The notes below the pieces were generated by a model, which worked only from the letters and a program-made list of their open reading frames with translations, was not told the origin of the DNA and did not search any database. Both the position numbers and the translations under genes were made by a program. 64,000 nucleotides of DNA from Candidatus Peribacteria bacterium (GTDB taxonomy: Bacteria > Patescibacteriota > Gracilibacteria > Peribacterales > Peribacteraceae). Shown piece by piece: positions 29,238 to 37,795 of the stretch (within the stretch, counting starts at the first letter, position 1; every line of letters starts with the position of its first letter). Location of the stretch: NCBI GenBank assembly GCA_023245765.1, contig JAHFJP010000001.1:8190-72189 (forward strand). The letters are read 5' to 3'.

Positions 29238-30254
29238 TCATGTCATCGGAGAATTCTCGTCAGCAACCTGTCCGATCTGGAACGCTGGCATTCTGCCGAG
29301 GTCCCGCGGCAGAGAGCGAATCCGCTCTGCATGGCGGAACAGAGAATGCTTTGCCGCTTCCAGACAACACTCAAAGACCACCGGGAATAATTCTGTTCCG
29401 GCGCAGCCCACATGAGGCTGGTGCAACTTGAGCGCAGGATCGCTCAGTCGATCCATGACGATTTCGCGGATGAGTGCGACGCTGTCTTCGCTCAGCAGCA
29501 GCGTGGATCCATCGAGCGCGAAATCTTCCGCATGGAAAGGCTGCCAGAAGAAGCGCACTTTCTGTTGCCCGTCATTCTTTTCGTCATTTTCGGCATCCTG
29601 CGGCGTCCCGCGTCGAAGCACTCCATCGATCATGCGGAAGATTCCGTCGTGGGTCATAGCGGTTTCGAGCATTGTTGAGAGAACTGTTCTCGCGATCGTC
29701 AGATATTCCTCGGGCGTGGCATCCCGCCCGAACTCTGAATGGAATGCTTCCGGAATGACGTCGAAATATGAATAACTCACTATCGCGACGTTCTCGATGC
29801 CGAAGTTGATGACTCCTTCGAGAATTCTCAATGCCTTCTCGTCATCATTCTCCCCCTCTGGGATAATGTTGGGACGAATCGTGAGGATCCGATCTGCAAA
29901 TTTCCGAAGTGCGGCGCGTGTTTGCTCTCCGACGGCATCCCGTGCAGCGGCAGCCCGGCGTACTGCACCTCTATGGGCCTTCCGGACTTCGCTGAACGAT
30001 GCGACGGTGATTCTCCGCAAGCAGTCGATGATGTCTCTGCGCGACGGCGCGTTGAGAATGACGGTATTCATGAGCTGTAGCGAGTGCTCTGGCACGCTGA
30101 CGTCGTGTTCGCCGCAGAGCTTCACCAGAGCCTTTGCGTGCGGATGGAACCAGGTGATCGCCTTCGGCGTTTTGCCGTCATGTTTCTGCAGCCCTGGTAC
30201 GTCTGCATGCAGCGCATCGATCCACTCTTTCGTCGGGATACCGCGTTTGGGCAT
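29238..30254 (-). CDS. Hypothetical protein
   Basis: Long ORF. Start moved to ATG 30254 because the track start overlaps tRNA-Val. Confidence 0.6.
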   Translation of the reverse strand: MPKRGIPTKEWIDALHADVPGLQKHDGKTPKAITWFHPHAKALVKLCGEHDVSVPEHSLQLMNTVILNAPSRRDIIDCLRRITVASFSEVRKAHRGAVRRAAAARDAVGEQTRAALRKFADRILTIRPNIIPEGENDDEKALRILEGVINFGIENVAIVSYSYFDVIPEAFHSEFGRDATPEEYLTIARTVLSTMLETAMTHDGIFRMIDGVLRRGTPQDAENDEKNDGQQKVRFFWQPFHAEDFALDGSTLLLSEDSVALIREIVMDRLSDPALKLHQPHVGCAGTELFPVVFECCLEAAKHSLFRHAERIRSLPRDLGRMPAFQIGQVADENSPMT

Positions 30255-30317
30255 AGGAAATAGGATGAGGTGGATTTCTGTGTGCGTCAAACTTCTGCTA
30301 CGCTGCCCCGGCTCTTT

Positions 30318-30394
30318 GGGCAATTAGCTCAGCTGGTTAGAGCGCCACATTGACATTGTGGAGGTCACTGGTTCGAATCCAGTATTGCCCACCA
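30318..30394 (+). tRNA. tRNA-Val(GAC)
   Basis: GGGCAATTAGCTCAG...CCACA-TTGACAT-TGTGG...GGTTCGAATCC..TATTGCCCACCA. Confidence 0.96.
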
Positions 30395-30403
30395 GCTCAA
30401 TTT

Positions 30404-30667
30404 TTATTCATAGTGCGTCCACATCCGGAGAACTTTGACGATGTGCTGTTTCTGCAAAACCTGATACACCAAGCGATGCTGAATGTTGATTCGGCGTGAA
30501 TACGCTCCATACAAATCTCCTATCAGTTTTTCAAAAGGAGGGGGATTCTGAAAAGGATTTTCTTCAAGGATTGCCAAGAGTTCCTTCGCTTTTGCGGCAA
30601 GAGGGGTGCCTTTGAGTTTCTTCGCATCTTTCTGTGCCTGCTTCATATAGACCAGGCGATATCTCAC
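30404..30667 (-). CDS. Txe/YoeB family toxin
   Basis: PFEKLIGDLYGAYSRRINIQHRLVY...RMWTHYE. Confidence 0.92.
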   Translation of the reverse strand: MRYRLVYMKQAQKDAKKLKGTPLAAKAKELLAILEENPFQNPPPFEKLIGDLYGAYSRRINIQHRLVYQVLQKQHIVKVLRMWTHYE

Positions 30668-30903
30668 AGGTCGATATGGCGGGAACCACGGGAAGCCGGT
30701 TCTTTCATCCCGCTCCGGATGGAATCGCGCATGCCGGGAATGGAGAGCAGATAGAGCGTTTCCTCGACGGCGCGCCAGTCATCTTCGGAAATGAGGACGG
30801 CATTCCCTTGCTTGCCGGTGATCACGATCGGTTCATTTCCGTCCTGCACGTTGGCGATCAGACGATAGAGCGTTGCGCGGGCTTTGGTGGCGGTCACTGT
30901 CAT
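30664..30903 (-). CDS. Phd/YefM family antitoxin
   Basis: ATKARATLYRLI..PIVIT..AVLISEDDW...ETLYLLSIPG. Confidence 0.92.
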   Translation of the reverse strand: MTVTATKARATLYRLIANVQDGNEPIVITGKQGNAVLISEDDWRAVEETLYLLSIPGMRDSIRSGMKEPASRGSRHIDL

Positions 30904-30911
30904 ATGTACAT

Positions 30912-30940
30912 ATCGTACGCTTTTGCGTACGGTATTGCAA
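30912..30940 (-). promoter_or_regulatory. TA promoter with operator palindrome
   Basis: Minus strand TTGCAA-17-TACGAT-8-ATG, overlapped by CGTACGC-TTTT-GCGTACG (30914..30931). Confidence 0.7.
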
Positions 30941-31081
30941 CCTCTTTTTCTGCATCTTCAAAACGTTCCACACCCCCATGGAACGTCTTTTAGGCCTTCT
31001 GGAAGCCAAGATAGACGACAGTCAAAAAGAATCTTTTCACAGAGGTCTTCCGTGATTTCTTGAAGAGCACAGGATGGTTTC

Positions 31082-31720
31082 ATGTTTCTCACTCTCCTAG
31101 ATTTCCTCTTCCCGCGCCGGTCGCTGACCGGTGAAGGCAGCGCGTGGGTCACGGATGACGAGCTGCGGCAGTTGCAGTCACGCCCAGTGATTCTGGAGAC
31201 GGCGCAGTTGCGCGCGCAAGGGCTGGAGTGTGTGGATCGGATTGTTGCTGTGGCGGATTATGATTCTGTGCCGATGCTGCATCAGGCAGTTCATCTGTTG
31301 AAGTATAAGAAGGTGCGGGGGGTATCTGAGGTGTTGGGAGGTTTGCTTGTGAGAGCTTCAGGAGAAGGAACTCGTTGCCCCACTCTCTGCCCGGTCCCAC
31401 TTCATTGGATCCGGAGATTTTCGCGCGGATTCAATCAAGCAGAACTTCTTGCAGGCGTCGTCGGCCGCGAGAGGGGATGGGAGGTGCAGAATCTTTTGAA
31501 GAGAACTCGCTGGACCGGCTCGCAGGTGGGGCGGCATCGGAGAGAACGATTGATCGGCGTCAAAGATGCGTTCGCGATCCGGTCACGAATGCACATTCCG
31601 GCGCGCGTGATTCTCGTCGATGATTTGTCGACGACCGGAGCGACGTTGAACGAGTGCGCGCGAGCGTTGAAAAAAGCCGGAGTGAAAAACGTCGAGGGAT
31701 TAGTGCTTGCGCTCGGATAA
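31082..31720 (+). CDS. comF: ComF family phosphoribosyltransferase-like competence protein
   Basis: PVPLH...RGFNQAELLA and ILVDDLSTTGATL. Confidence 0.9.
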   Translation: MFLTLLDFLFPRRSLTGEGSAWVTDDELRQLQSRPVILETAQLRAQGLECVDRIVAVADYDSVPMLHQAVHLLKYKKVRGVSEVLGGLLVRASGEGTRCPTLCPVPLHWIRRFSRGFNQAELLAGVVGRERGWEVQNLLKRTRWTGSQVGRHRRERLIGVKDAFAIRSRMHIPARVILVDDLSTTGATLNECARALKKAGVKNVEGLVLALG

Positions 31721-31785
31721 TCGTGAGCAGTTTTTGAGTTCATCGCATGGCAAAATTTTCCCTTCCAGAAGGCAAGACGAAGTGG

Positions 31786-31811
31786 TGTGGAAAACCTTTT
31801 TGTTTTCCACA
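31786..31811. promoter_or_regulatory. Pair of inverted DnaA-box-like sites
   Basis: TGTGGAAAA (31786) and TTTTCCACA (31803), each one mismatch from TTATCCACA, upstream of rseP-dnaA. Confidence 0.55.
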
Positions 31812-31834
31812 GCAGCCCGTACCATCGGCTTCCA

Positions 31835-32941
31835 ATGACTGTGCTGATTTCTGCACTGGCGTTTCTGTTGTTGCTGAGCTTCCTCGTGCTTATTCACGAG
31901 TGCGGACACTTTTTTGCCGCGCGATGGGCGGGTGTTGTCGTCGAAGAATTCGGATTCGGCCTCCCTCCTCGCGCCAAAACTCTTTTCCGTCGTGGCGGCA
32001 CGCGGTTCTCGCTCAACTGGATTCCTTTCGGAGGGTTTGTCCGCCTGCAGGGCGAAAATGCGGCGTCCGAGCGCGAGCGCCGGACGACAGGGAGCTTTGC
32101 GCACGCGAGCATCCCCGCGCGCGTCGTGATTCTGGTCGCGGGAGTCTTTATGAACCTGCTCTTCGCGCTTGTCGTCTTCACCGTCGGATTCTCCGTCTGG
32201 CAGTGGGTTCCGACATACCTCTCTCTTGAGGAGATGAAGAGCGCATCGATGAGCGGCGAGATCACACTCAGTCCGGGCGTGCGGGTCGGGAGCGTGCAGG
32301 CGGGGGGCACGGCGGCGGGGGCAAAGGTGCCTTCTCCCAGCACGCTGCTCAAAGTCGACGATATTCCCGTGTACGTTCCCGCCGATGTGGTGGAAGCGCA
32401 AAAGGGGAAGCAGTTCGTGAAGTACACGCTCATCAAAGAGGGTGCAGAGAAAGAATCCATCTACACCGTTCCCGTCCGCGATGGGAAGACCGGCATCGAG
32501 ATCTCTTTTTCCCCGCACGTGTACTCCCCGCCGCGGTCGGTCCCCGCGGGATTCGTTCTGTCTCTGCGGGAAGTGAAGGTGACGACCGTGCAGACGATCA
32601 TCGGAATTTCGCACCTGGTGCGGTCACTCGCGTGGCACGGGAGTGTGCCCGAGGGCATCACGGGCATCGTTGGCATCGCCCAACTTACGCACAATTCCGT
32701 GCAGGAAGGTTGGGGTGCATACATTCGCCTGATGGCCGTTCTGAGTCTCAGTTTGGCGATTTTGAATATCCTCCCGTTCCCGTCCCTCGATGGCGGCCGG
32801 CTGATCTTCGTTCTCGTCGAAGGCATCGCGCAACGGCCTGCGCCGCGACGGTTTGAATTGATCACGAACACTGTCGGATTCCTCATCCTCATTTTGCTCA
32901 TCGTGCTTGTGACATTTAACGACATCTGGAAGTTATTCTAG
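31835..32941 (+). CDS. rseP: Site-2 (M50) RIP metalloprotease RseP
   Basis: IHECGH, FGFG, IPFGGFVRL and NILPFPSLDGG. Start moved to ATG 31835. Confidence 0.92.
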   Translation: MTVLISALAFLLLLSFLVLIHECGHFFAARWAGVVVEEFGFGLPPRAKTLFRRGGTRFSLNWIPFGGFVRLQGENAASERERRTTGSFAHASIPARVVILVAGVFMNLLFALVVFTVGFSVWQWVPTYLSLEEMKSASMSGEITLSPGVRVGSVQAGGTAAGAKVPSPSTLLKVDDIPVYVPADVVEAQKGKQFVKYTLIKEGAEKESIYTVPVRDGKTGIEISFSPHVYSPPRSVPAGFVLSLREVKVTTVQTIIGISHLVRSLAWHGSVPEGITGIVGIAQLTHNSVQEGWGAYIRLMAVLSLSLAILNILPFPSLDGGRLIFVLVEGIAQRPAPRRFELITNTVGFLILILLIVLVTFNDIWKLF

Positions 32942-32955
32942 TTTTTCGCCGCAAT

Positions 32956-32983
32956 TTTTCACTTTTCACTTTTCATTTTTCAC
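32956..32983. repeat. 7-bp tandem repeat (TTTTCAC)x4 abutting the dnaA start
   Basis: ttttcac ttttcac ttttcat ttttcac, followed directly by TTG. Confidence 0.8.
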
Positions 32984-34444
32984 TTGAATCCCACCGCCAC
33001 TCTTTCCCCGGCTCCCACTTCTCCCGCTGTTTCGACGTCCGATCTGTGGCTGCGCATCCTCAAGATCATCGAATCCAAGATCCAGCGCGGACAGTTCATC
33101 ACGTGGTTTAAAGATACTGCCGTGCTCGGTTTGGAAGAGGGGAATCTCGTCGTCGGATTGCCGCTGCCGATGTTCCTCACCTGGCACATGCAGCACTACC
33201 GCACGATGACGCTCGAGGCGGCGCAGGAGATCGATCCCAGCATCCGGGAGATCGTCTACACGGTCGACGTCGGGCTCAAGGACAACCGCGAGCGCAGCAC
33301 CGACCTGCTTGAGCATTTTCCCGAACTGAAGAAGCGCAAGGTGGCGGGGCGCCAGGAGGTGAAACTTGCTGAGGGCATCGTCAGTAAAATCCTCAGCCCC
33401 AAGTACATGATCGAGAACTTTATCGTGGGGACTAATAACCGCCTCGCGCATGCCGCCTGCATGGCCGTCGCCCGCGAACCGGGGGGCAAATACAATCCAC
33501 TCTTCCTCTACGGCGGCGTCGGGCTTGGCAAAACGCATCTGCTGCAGGCGACGGGCAATGCGATCCTCAAAGCACATCCGCGTTCGACCGTCGTCTACAC
33601 CACGAGCGAGGACTTCACGAACCAGGTGGTCGAGGCGATCCAGCATCAGAAGATGGATCAGTTCAACCGCCGGTACCGCACGGTCGATGTGCTGATCATC
33701 GACGATATCCAGTTCATTGCGAACAAGGACCGCACGCAGGAGATCTTCTTCCACACGTTCAATGCCCTCTACGAGGAGCGCAAGCAGGTGATCATCTCCG
33801 CCGACCGGCCGCCGCAGGAGCTTCAGTTGGAAGACCGTCTCATCTCCCGCTTCGCCCGCGGCATGATCGCCGACGTCTCGCAGCCCGACTACGAAACACG
33901 CCTCGCGATCCTCAGTGAAAAAGCTGCCGAATACGAAATCTTCCTCGACCGCGCGGTGCTCGAATTCATCGCGCAGCATGTGACCAAAAACGTCCGCGAA
34001 CTCGAAGGCATCCTGATGCAGGCGGTCGCGCTCTATGAGCTTGAGCAGCGGATGCCGACGGTGCGGTCCATTTCCGAAATCATGAGCAAGCTCAGCATGG
34101 ATCCGCTCAAGGATGAGGAAACGGTTGGCTTCACGAAGGCCCCCAAGCGCAAGCCGACGTTTCAGGAAATCATGGAAGCGGTGAGCCGCTACTACTCGGT
34201 CAGTATTCAGGACATGGTCGGTGCCAGCCGCGTTCGCGAAGTGCTCCACCCGCGACAGGTTGCGATGCTCCTCGGCAAAAAACATCTCGACATGAGTTAC
34301 GTCCGCCTCGGTGAAGTCTTCGGTGGGCGCGACCACACGACGGTGATGAACGCGCTTAAAAAAGTCGACGGACGGCAGCATAATGATCCGCAGTTGCTCA
34401 GGGAAATCCGGGCCGTGGAGGTGGAGTTGGGATTGGTGCAGTGA
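32984..34444 (+). CDS. dnaA: Chromosomal replication initiator DnaA
   Basis: YNPLFLYGGVGLGKTHL, IDDIQF, NVRELEG and GGRDHTTV. Confidence 0.98.
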   Translation: MNPTATLSPAPTSPAVSTSDLWLRILKIIESKIQRGQFITWFKDTAVLGLEEGNLVVGLPLPMFLTWHMQHYRTMTLEAAQEIDPSIREIVYTVDVGLKDNRERSTDLLEHFPELKKRKVAGRQEVKLAEGIVSKILSPKYMIENFIVGTNNRLAHAACMAVAREPGGKYNPLFLYGGVGLGKTHLLQATGNAILKAHPRSTVVYTTSEDFTNQVVEAIQHQKMDQFNRRYRTVDVLIIDDIQFIANKDRTQEIFFHTFNALYEERKQVIISADRPPQELQLEDRLISRFARGMIADVSQPDYETRLAILSEKAAEYEIFLDRAVLEFIAQHVTKNVRELEGILMQAVALYELEQRMPTVRSISEIMSKLSMDPLKDEETVGFTKAPKRKPTFQEIMEAVSRYYSVSIQDMVGASRVREVLHPRQVAMLLGKKHLDMSYVRLGEVFGGRDHTTVMNALKKVDGRQHNDPQLLREIRAVEVELGLVQ

Positions 34445-34494
34445 GTAGAGCGGAGAATATTGACTTCTTGTGAAAAACAGTATAAAAAGATATA

Positions 34495-35205
34495 GTGAAT
34501 CAGGAGCCAATTCTCATCGAGCCTCTGTCGCCACTCAAGCCGATTTATCTGATGTCCGAACAAGGAGTGACCGACGACCAGATGCGGGCTATTACCGAGG
34601 GTATTCATGCGGTGCTCAATGTGGCGCAACAGAAAATGCCAATTTATGACTTTGGTCATTGGCGTCATACGCAGTGGCGTGACAATGGACAATTGCGGCC
34701 GTTCCACAGTGTTGATTGGTATCTTGAACGAGCACAAGAAGAGAGCGATCGTGCAGAGCAACTAAACGCAGACACCCTGCTCAATCTGCTCGCCATGGAA
34801 CCCTGGCGCAATCCCGATGAGGGCGGTCAACGTCATTATGACGTCGTTGTTCTCCAGAGTGATCTGTATTCCGGAAGCGACAACAACCGTTTCATTATTG
34901 GAGGAGCGTATCCCGATCTGGGAGCGGCGATCTCCGTGAACAGATTTCAAGGATTGGAACCATCGTTGCAATTTGATTGCATCGTGACGGAGACCATCCA
35001 CGAGATGGGCCATGTTTTCGGACTCATACCTCCTGGGCGTCAAAGGAATGTTGAAGAATCGTTGGGAAAGCACTGCACAAACGTCTGTAGTATGCGACAG
35101 GGGGTGAATGTGCCGATGGATTGGATTCGGTTTACCCGCGATCGTCTTCAGCAAGGACCATTCTGCACTGACTGTGAACAGGACCTGCGAGGGTTCTTTG
35201 CATAA
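34495..35205 (+). CDS. Archaemetzincin-like zinc metalloprotease
   Basis: HEMGHVFGL...HC...CSM...FCTDC. Confidence 0.7.
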   Translation: MNQEPILIEPLSPLKPIYLMSEQGVTDDQMRAITEGIHAVLNVAQQKMPIYDFGHWRHTQWRDNGQLRPFHSVDWYLERAQEESDRAEQLNADTLLNLLAMEPWRNPDEGGQRHYDVVVLQSDLYSGSDNNRFIIGGAYPDLGAAISVNRFQGLEPSLQFDCIVTETIHEMGHVFGLIPPGRQRNVEESLGKHCTNVCSMRQGVNVPMDWIRFTRDRLQQGPFCTDCEQDLRGFFA

Positions 35206-35243
35206 ATGATGCATTCTTTTTAAGCATGCTGTACACTCCGAGC

Positions 35244-35291
35244 GTGATCCGCTTCATCACCACGACCGCGACGACCACGACCCTCCTGTAG
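35244..35291 (+). CDS. Thr-rich leader peptide (M)IRFITTTATTTTLL
   Basis: GTG 7 nt after TACACT, with 7 Thr in 8 codons and a TAG stop. An alternative in-frame ATG lies at 35226. Directly upstream of thrS. Confidence 0.8.
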   Translation: MIRFITTTATTTTLL

Positions 35292-35349
35292 GGATGGCTC
35301 TCGCGTGCGGTGAATCCCAGAGCCTCCCCCTACCGAGGTTCTTTTTTTT
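35289..35349 (+). terminator. Attenuator: terminator with overlapping antiterminator
   Basis: GAGCCTC(35320)-8nt-GAGGTTC followed by T8. Alternative pairing GGGAtGGCTCT (35291-35301) with AGAGCCTCCC (35319-35328). Confidence 0.75.
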
Positions 35350-35372
35350 CCTGTACGTTTCCCCGTACCACC

Positions 35373-37709
35373 ATGCCGCTCGATACCTATTCCAAGCTGA
35401 TTGAACTGCTCGATCAGCATAAAGCGAAGTACCGCCTGATCGATCACGAGCCCGAGGGCCGGACCGAAATCGTGAGCAAGATGCGCGGCAACAACGTCTC
35501 GCAGGCGGCGAACTGCATTGTCATGATGTTGAAGATTGGGAAGAAAGAGACGAAGTACGTCCTCGCTGTCTATCCCGCGGATAGGAAGCTTGATTTCAAT
35601 GCAGTGAAAGCATTGTTCAATGGAACCTACGCGTCGTTCGCGACCAAGGAGAAAGCGGAAGAACTTGCGGGCAGCGTTCTTGGGACGGTGCTGCCGTTTT
35701 CCTTCAATGACGATCTCGAACTCATTGTCGATCCTCTTCTTCTGGAGAATGAGGAGATCTTCTTCAATGCCGCACGGTTGGATCGTTCCATGGCGCTGAA
35801 AACGAAAGACTATGTCGCGATCACGAAACCGCGGCTCGAATCCATCGCGCAGTCAGCATCATCCGCATCAACCGGAGTCGCGGTTTCACCGGGCAAAAAG
35901 AAAGAAGGACCTGTCGTCGATGATCTCTACAAACTGCGCCACTCGCTCGCACACGTGCTCGCGCAGGCGGTGACTAAACTCTGGCCCGCGACCAAGATCA
36001 CGATTGGGCCGCCAATTGAGTACGGCTGTTACTACGATTTCCTCTTCGAGAAGCCAATTTCCGAGGAGCACTTCCCCGCGATCGAGAAGGAGATGAAGAA
36101 GATCATTCAACAAGGTCAGACCTTCCGATGCGATGAACTTTCCGCAGCCGATGCCAAGAAATTTTGGAAGGGTCGCAAGCAGCAGTTCAAAGTCGAACTC
36201 ATTGAAGATCTGGAGAAGAACGACAAGGTCACGACCGTGACCAACTACGCCAACCTCGGTCCGAAAGGGGAGGAGACGTTCGTCGATCTCTGTCGTGGCG
36301 GCCATGTGGAGAATCTGAAGGAAATTCCCGTCGACGCATTCAAGATCATGACATTGGCCGGTGCCTACTGGAGAGGGGATGAGAAGCGCGAGCAGCTCAC
36401 CCGGATTTATGTCGCCGCGTTCCCATCGAAAGCCGAACTCGATCAATATCTGCTGATTCTCGAAGAGGCCCGCAAGCGCGACCACCGCAAGCTTGGCAAG
36501 GAACTTGATCTCTTCACGTTCAGCGAACTCGTCGGGCCCGGACTTCCTTTATGGACTCCGCGGGGAACACTGCTGCGGAATTTATTGGATGGCTATGTGT
36601 GGGAACTGCGCAGCGCGAAAGGCTACGAGCGCGTGACGATCCCGCACATCACCAAAAAAGAACTCTACGAGACGTCCGGGCACTGGCAGAAATTCCAGAA
36701 CGATCTGTTCCATGTGCGGACGCGTGAGGGGCATGACTTCTGCATGAAGCCGATGAACTGCCCGCACCACACGCAGATCTTCGCGAGCAATCAACGGAGT
36801 TACCGCGATATGCCGCAGCGGTACGCCGAAACCACGACCTGCTACCGCGACGAGCAGACGGGTGAACTGCACGGGCTCTCGCGCGTTCGGGCCTTTACGC
36901 AAGATGACGCGCACGTCTTCTGTCGTCCAAGTCAGGCGAAAGACGAGATCCTGAAGATCTGGGAGATCGTCGATACGTTCTACCAGACGGTCGGATTTGG
37001 AAAGCTCCGCGTACGTCTCTCACTGCACGATCCTGCTGCGTTTGAAAAATATCTCGGCACGCCCGCGATGTGGAAGAATGCGGAAGGGGAGCTCCGGAGT
37101 ATCGCGGTCGATCGCAAGGCGGACTTCTTTGAAGCACCCGGTGAGGCGGCATTCTACGGTCCCAAAGTCGACTTCATTGCAAAAGATTCCATCGGACGCG
37201 AGTGGCAGGTGGCGACGATCCAGCTCGATATCAACATGCCCGAGCGGTTTGACCTCTTCTGCATCGATGAGAAGGGCAACCACGAACGCTGCGTGATGAT
37301 CCATGCGGCGATCATGGGATCGCTCGAGCGCTTCCTCTCGATCTTCATCGAACATCATGCGGGCCTCTTCCCGCTCTGGGTCGCGCCTGTACAGGTGGGC
37401 CTCATCCCCGTTGCGGGAAGTCATGAAGATGCCGCCCGCGCGCTCGAGGCACAGCTCAAACAACACGGCATCCGGACGCAGTTCTTCGGTCATGAAGACT
37501 CACTGGGGAAGAGAATCCGTGATGGAGAGATGTGGAAGATTCCCTATCTGCTCGTGATGGGGGATAAGGAGGTGGAAGCGAAGAGTGTGACGGTCCGCAA
37601 CGTCAAAACCAAGAAGCAGGTAACGGCGTCGATCCATGAGTTCCTCACCAAGACGATGGAGGACGTTCGGGACAGACGGTTGGAAGCGTCGATTGGAATA
37701 CTAGAGTAA
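35373..37709 (+). CDS. thrS: Threonine-tRNA ligase with N-terminal YbaK/ProXp-type domain
   Basis: HSLAH, DLCRGGH, AGAYWRGD, RDHRKLG, KPMNCPHH, HGLSRVR and AFYGPK. The first ~160 aa are YbaK-like (GTVLPF, FFNAAR). Start moved to ATG 35373. Confidence 0.96.
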   Translation: MPLDTYSKLIELLDQHKAKYRLIDHEPEGRTEIVSKMRGNNVSQAANCIVMMLKIGKKETKYVLAVYPADRKLDFNAVKALFNGTYASFATKEKAEELAGSVLGTVLPFSFNDDLELIVDPLLLENEEIFFNAARLDRSMALKTKDYVAITKPRLESIAQSASSASTGVAVSPGKKKEGPVVDDLYKLRHSLAHVLAQAVTKLWPATKITIGPPIEYGCYYDFLFEKPISEEHFPAIEKEMKKIIQQGQTFRCDELSAADAKKFWKGRKQQFKVELIEDLEKNDKVTTVTNYANLGPKGEETFVDLCRGGHVENLKEIPVDAFKIMTLAGAYWRGDEKREQLTRIYVAAFPSKAELDQYLLILEEARKRDHRKLGKELDLFTFSELVGPGLPLWTPRGTLLRNLLDGYVWELRSAKGYERVTIPHITKKELYETSGHWQKFQNDLFHVRTREGHDFCMKPMNCPHHTQIFASNQRSYRDMPQRYAETTTCYRDEQTGELHGLSRVRAFTQDDAHVFCRPSQAKDEILKIWEIVDTFYQTVGFGKLRVRLSLHDPAAFEKYLGTPAMWKNAEGELRSIAVDRKADFFEAPGEAAFYGPKVDFIAKDSIGREWQVATIQLDINMPERFDLFCIDEKGNHERCVMIHAAIMGSLERFLSIFIEHHAGLFPLWVAPVQVGLIPVAGSHEDAARALEAQLKQHGIRTQFFGHEDSLGKRIRDGEMWKIPYLLVMGDKEVEAKSVTVRNVKTKKQVTASIHEFLTKTMEDVRDRRLEASIGILE

Positions 37710-37792
37710 TAGAATATTAGGGCTTCGCAGTAAACGAGGTCAGCGCCCCCGGACGTCCCTAGTAGTCTAGTATTCTAGTACTCTACTATTCC
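37694..37792. repeat. 8-bp period inverted array (TAGAATAC-like)
   Basis: tggaatac tagagtaa tagaatat tag ... ctag tagtctag tattctag tactctac tattcc. Confidence 0.8.
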
Positions 37793-37795
37793 CGC

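Noticed and set aside
30904-31081. Candidate oriC between the TA pair and comF
   Set aside because: Only poor DnaA-box matches and no clear AT-rich unwinding element; skew could not be computed.
32966-34510. 514-aa ORF antisense to dnaA, and similar long antisense ORFs over prs, ftsA, eno, infB and the 1724-aa gene
   Set aside because: Expected from GC-rich codon bias on the opposite strand; no recognisable motifs.
35226-35372. T-box riboswitch upstream of thrS
   Set aside because: The leader is too short and has no T-box consensus (GGTGGnACCGCG). A Thr-codon uORF explains the region.
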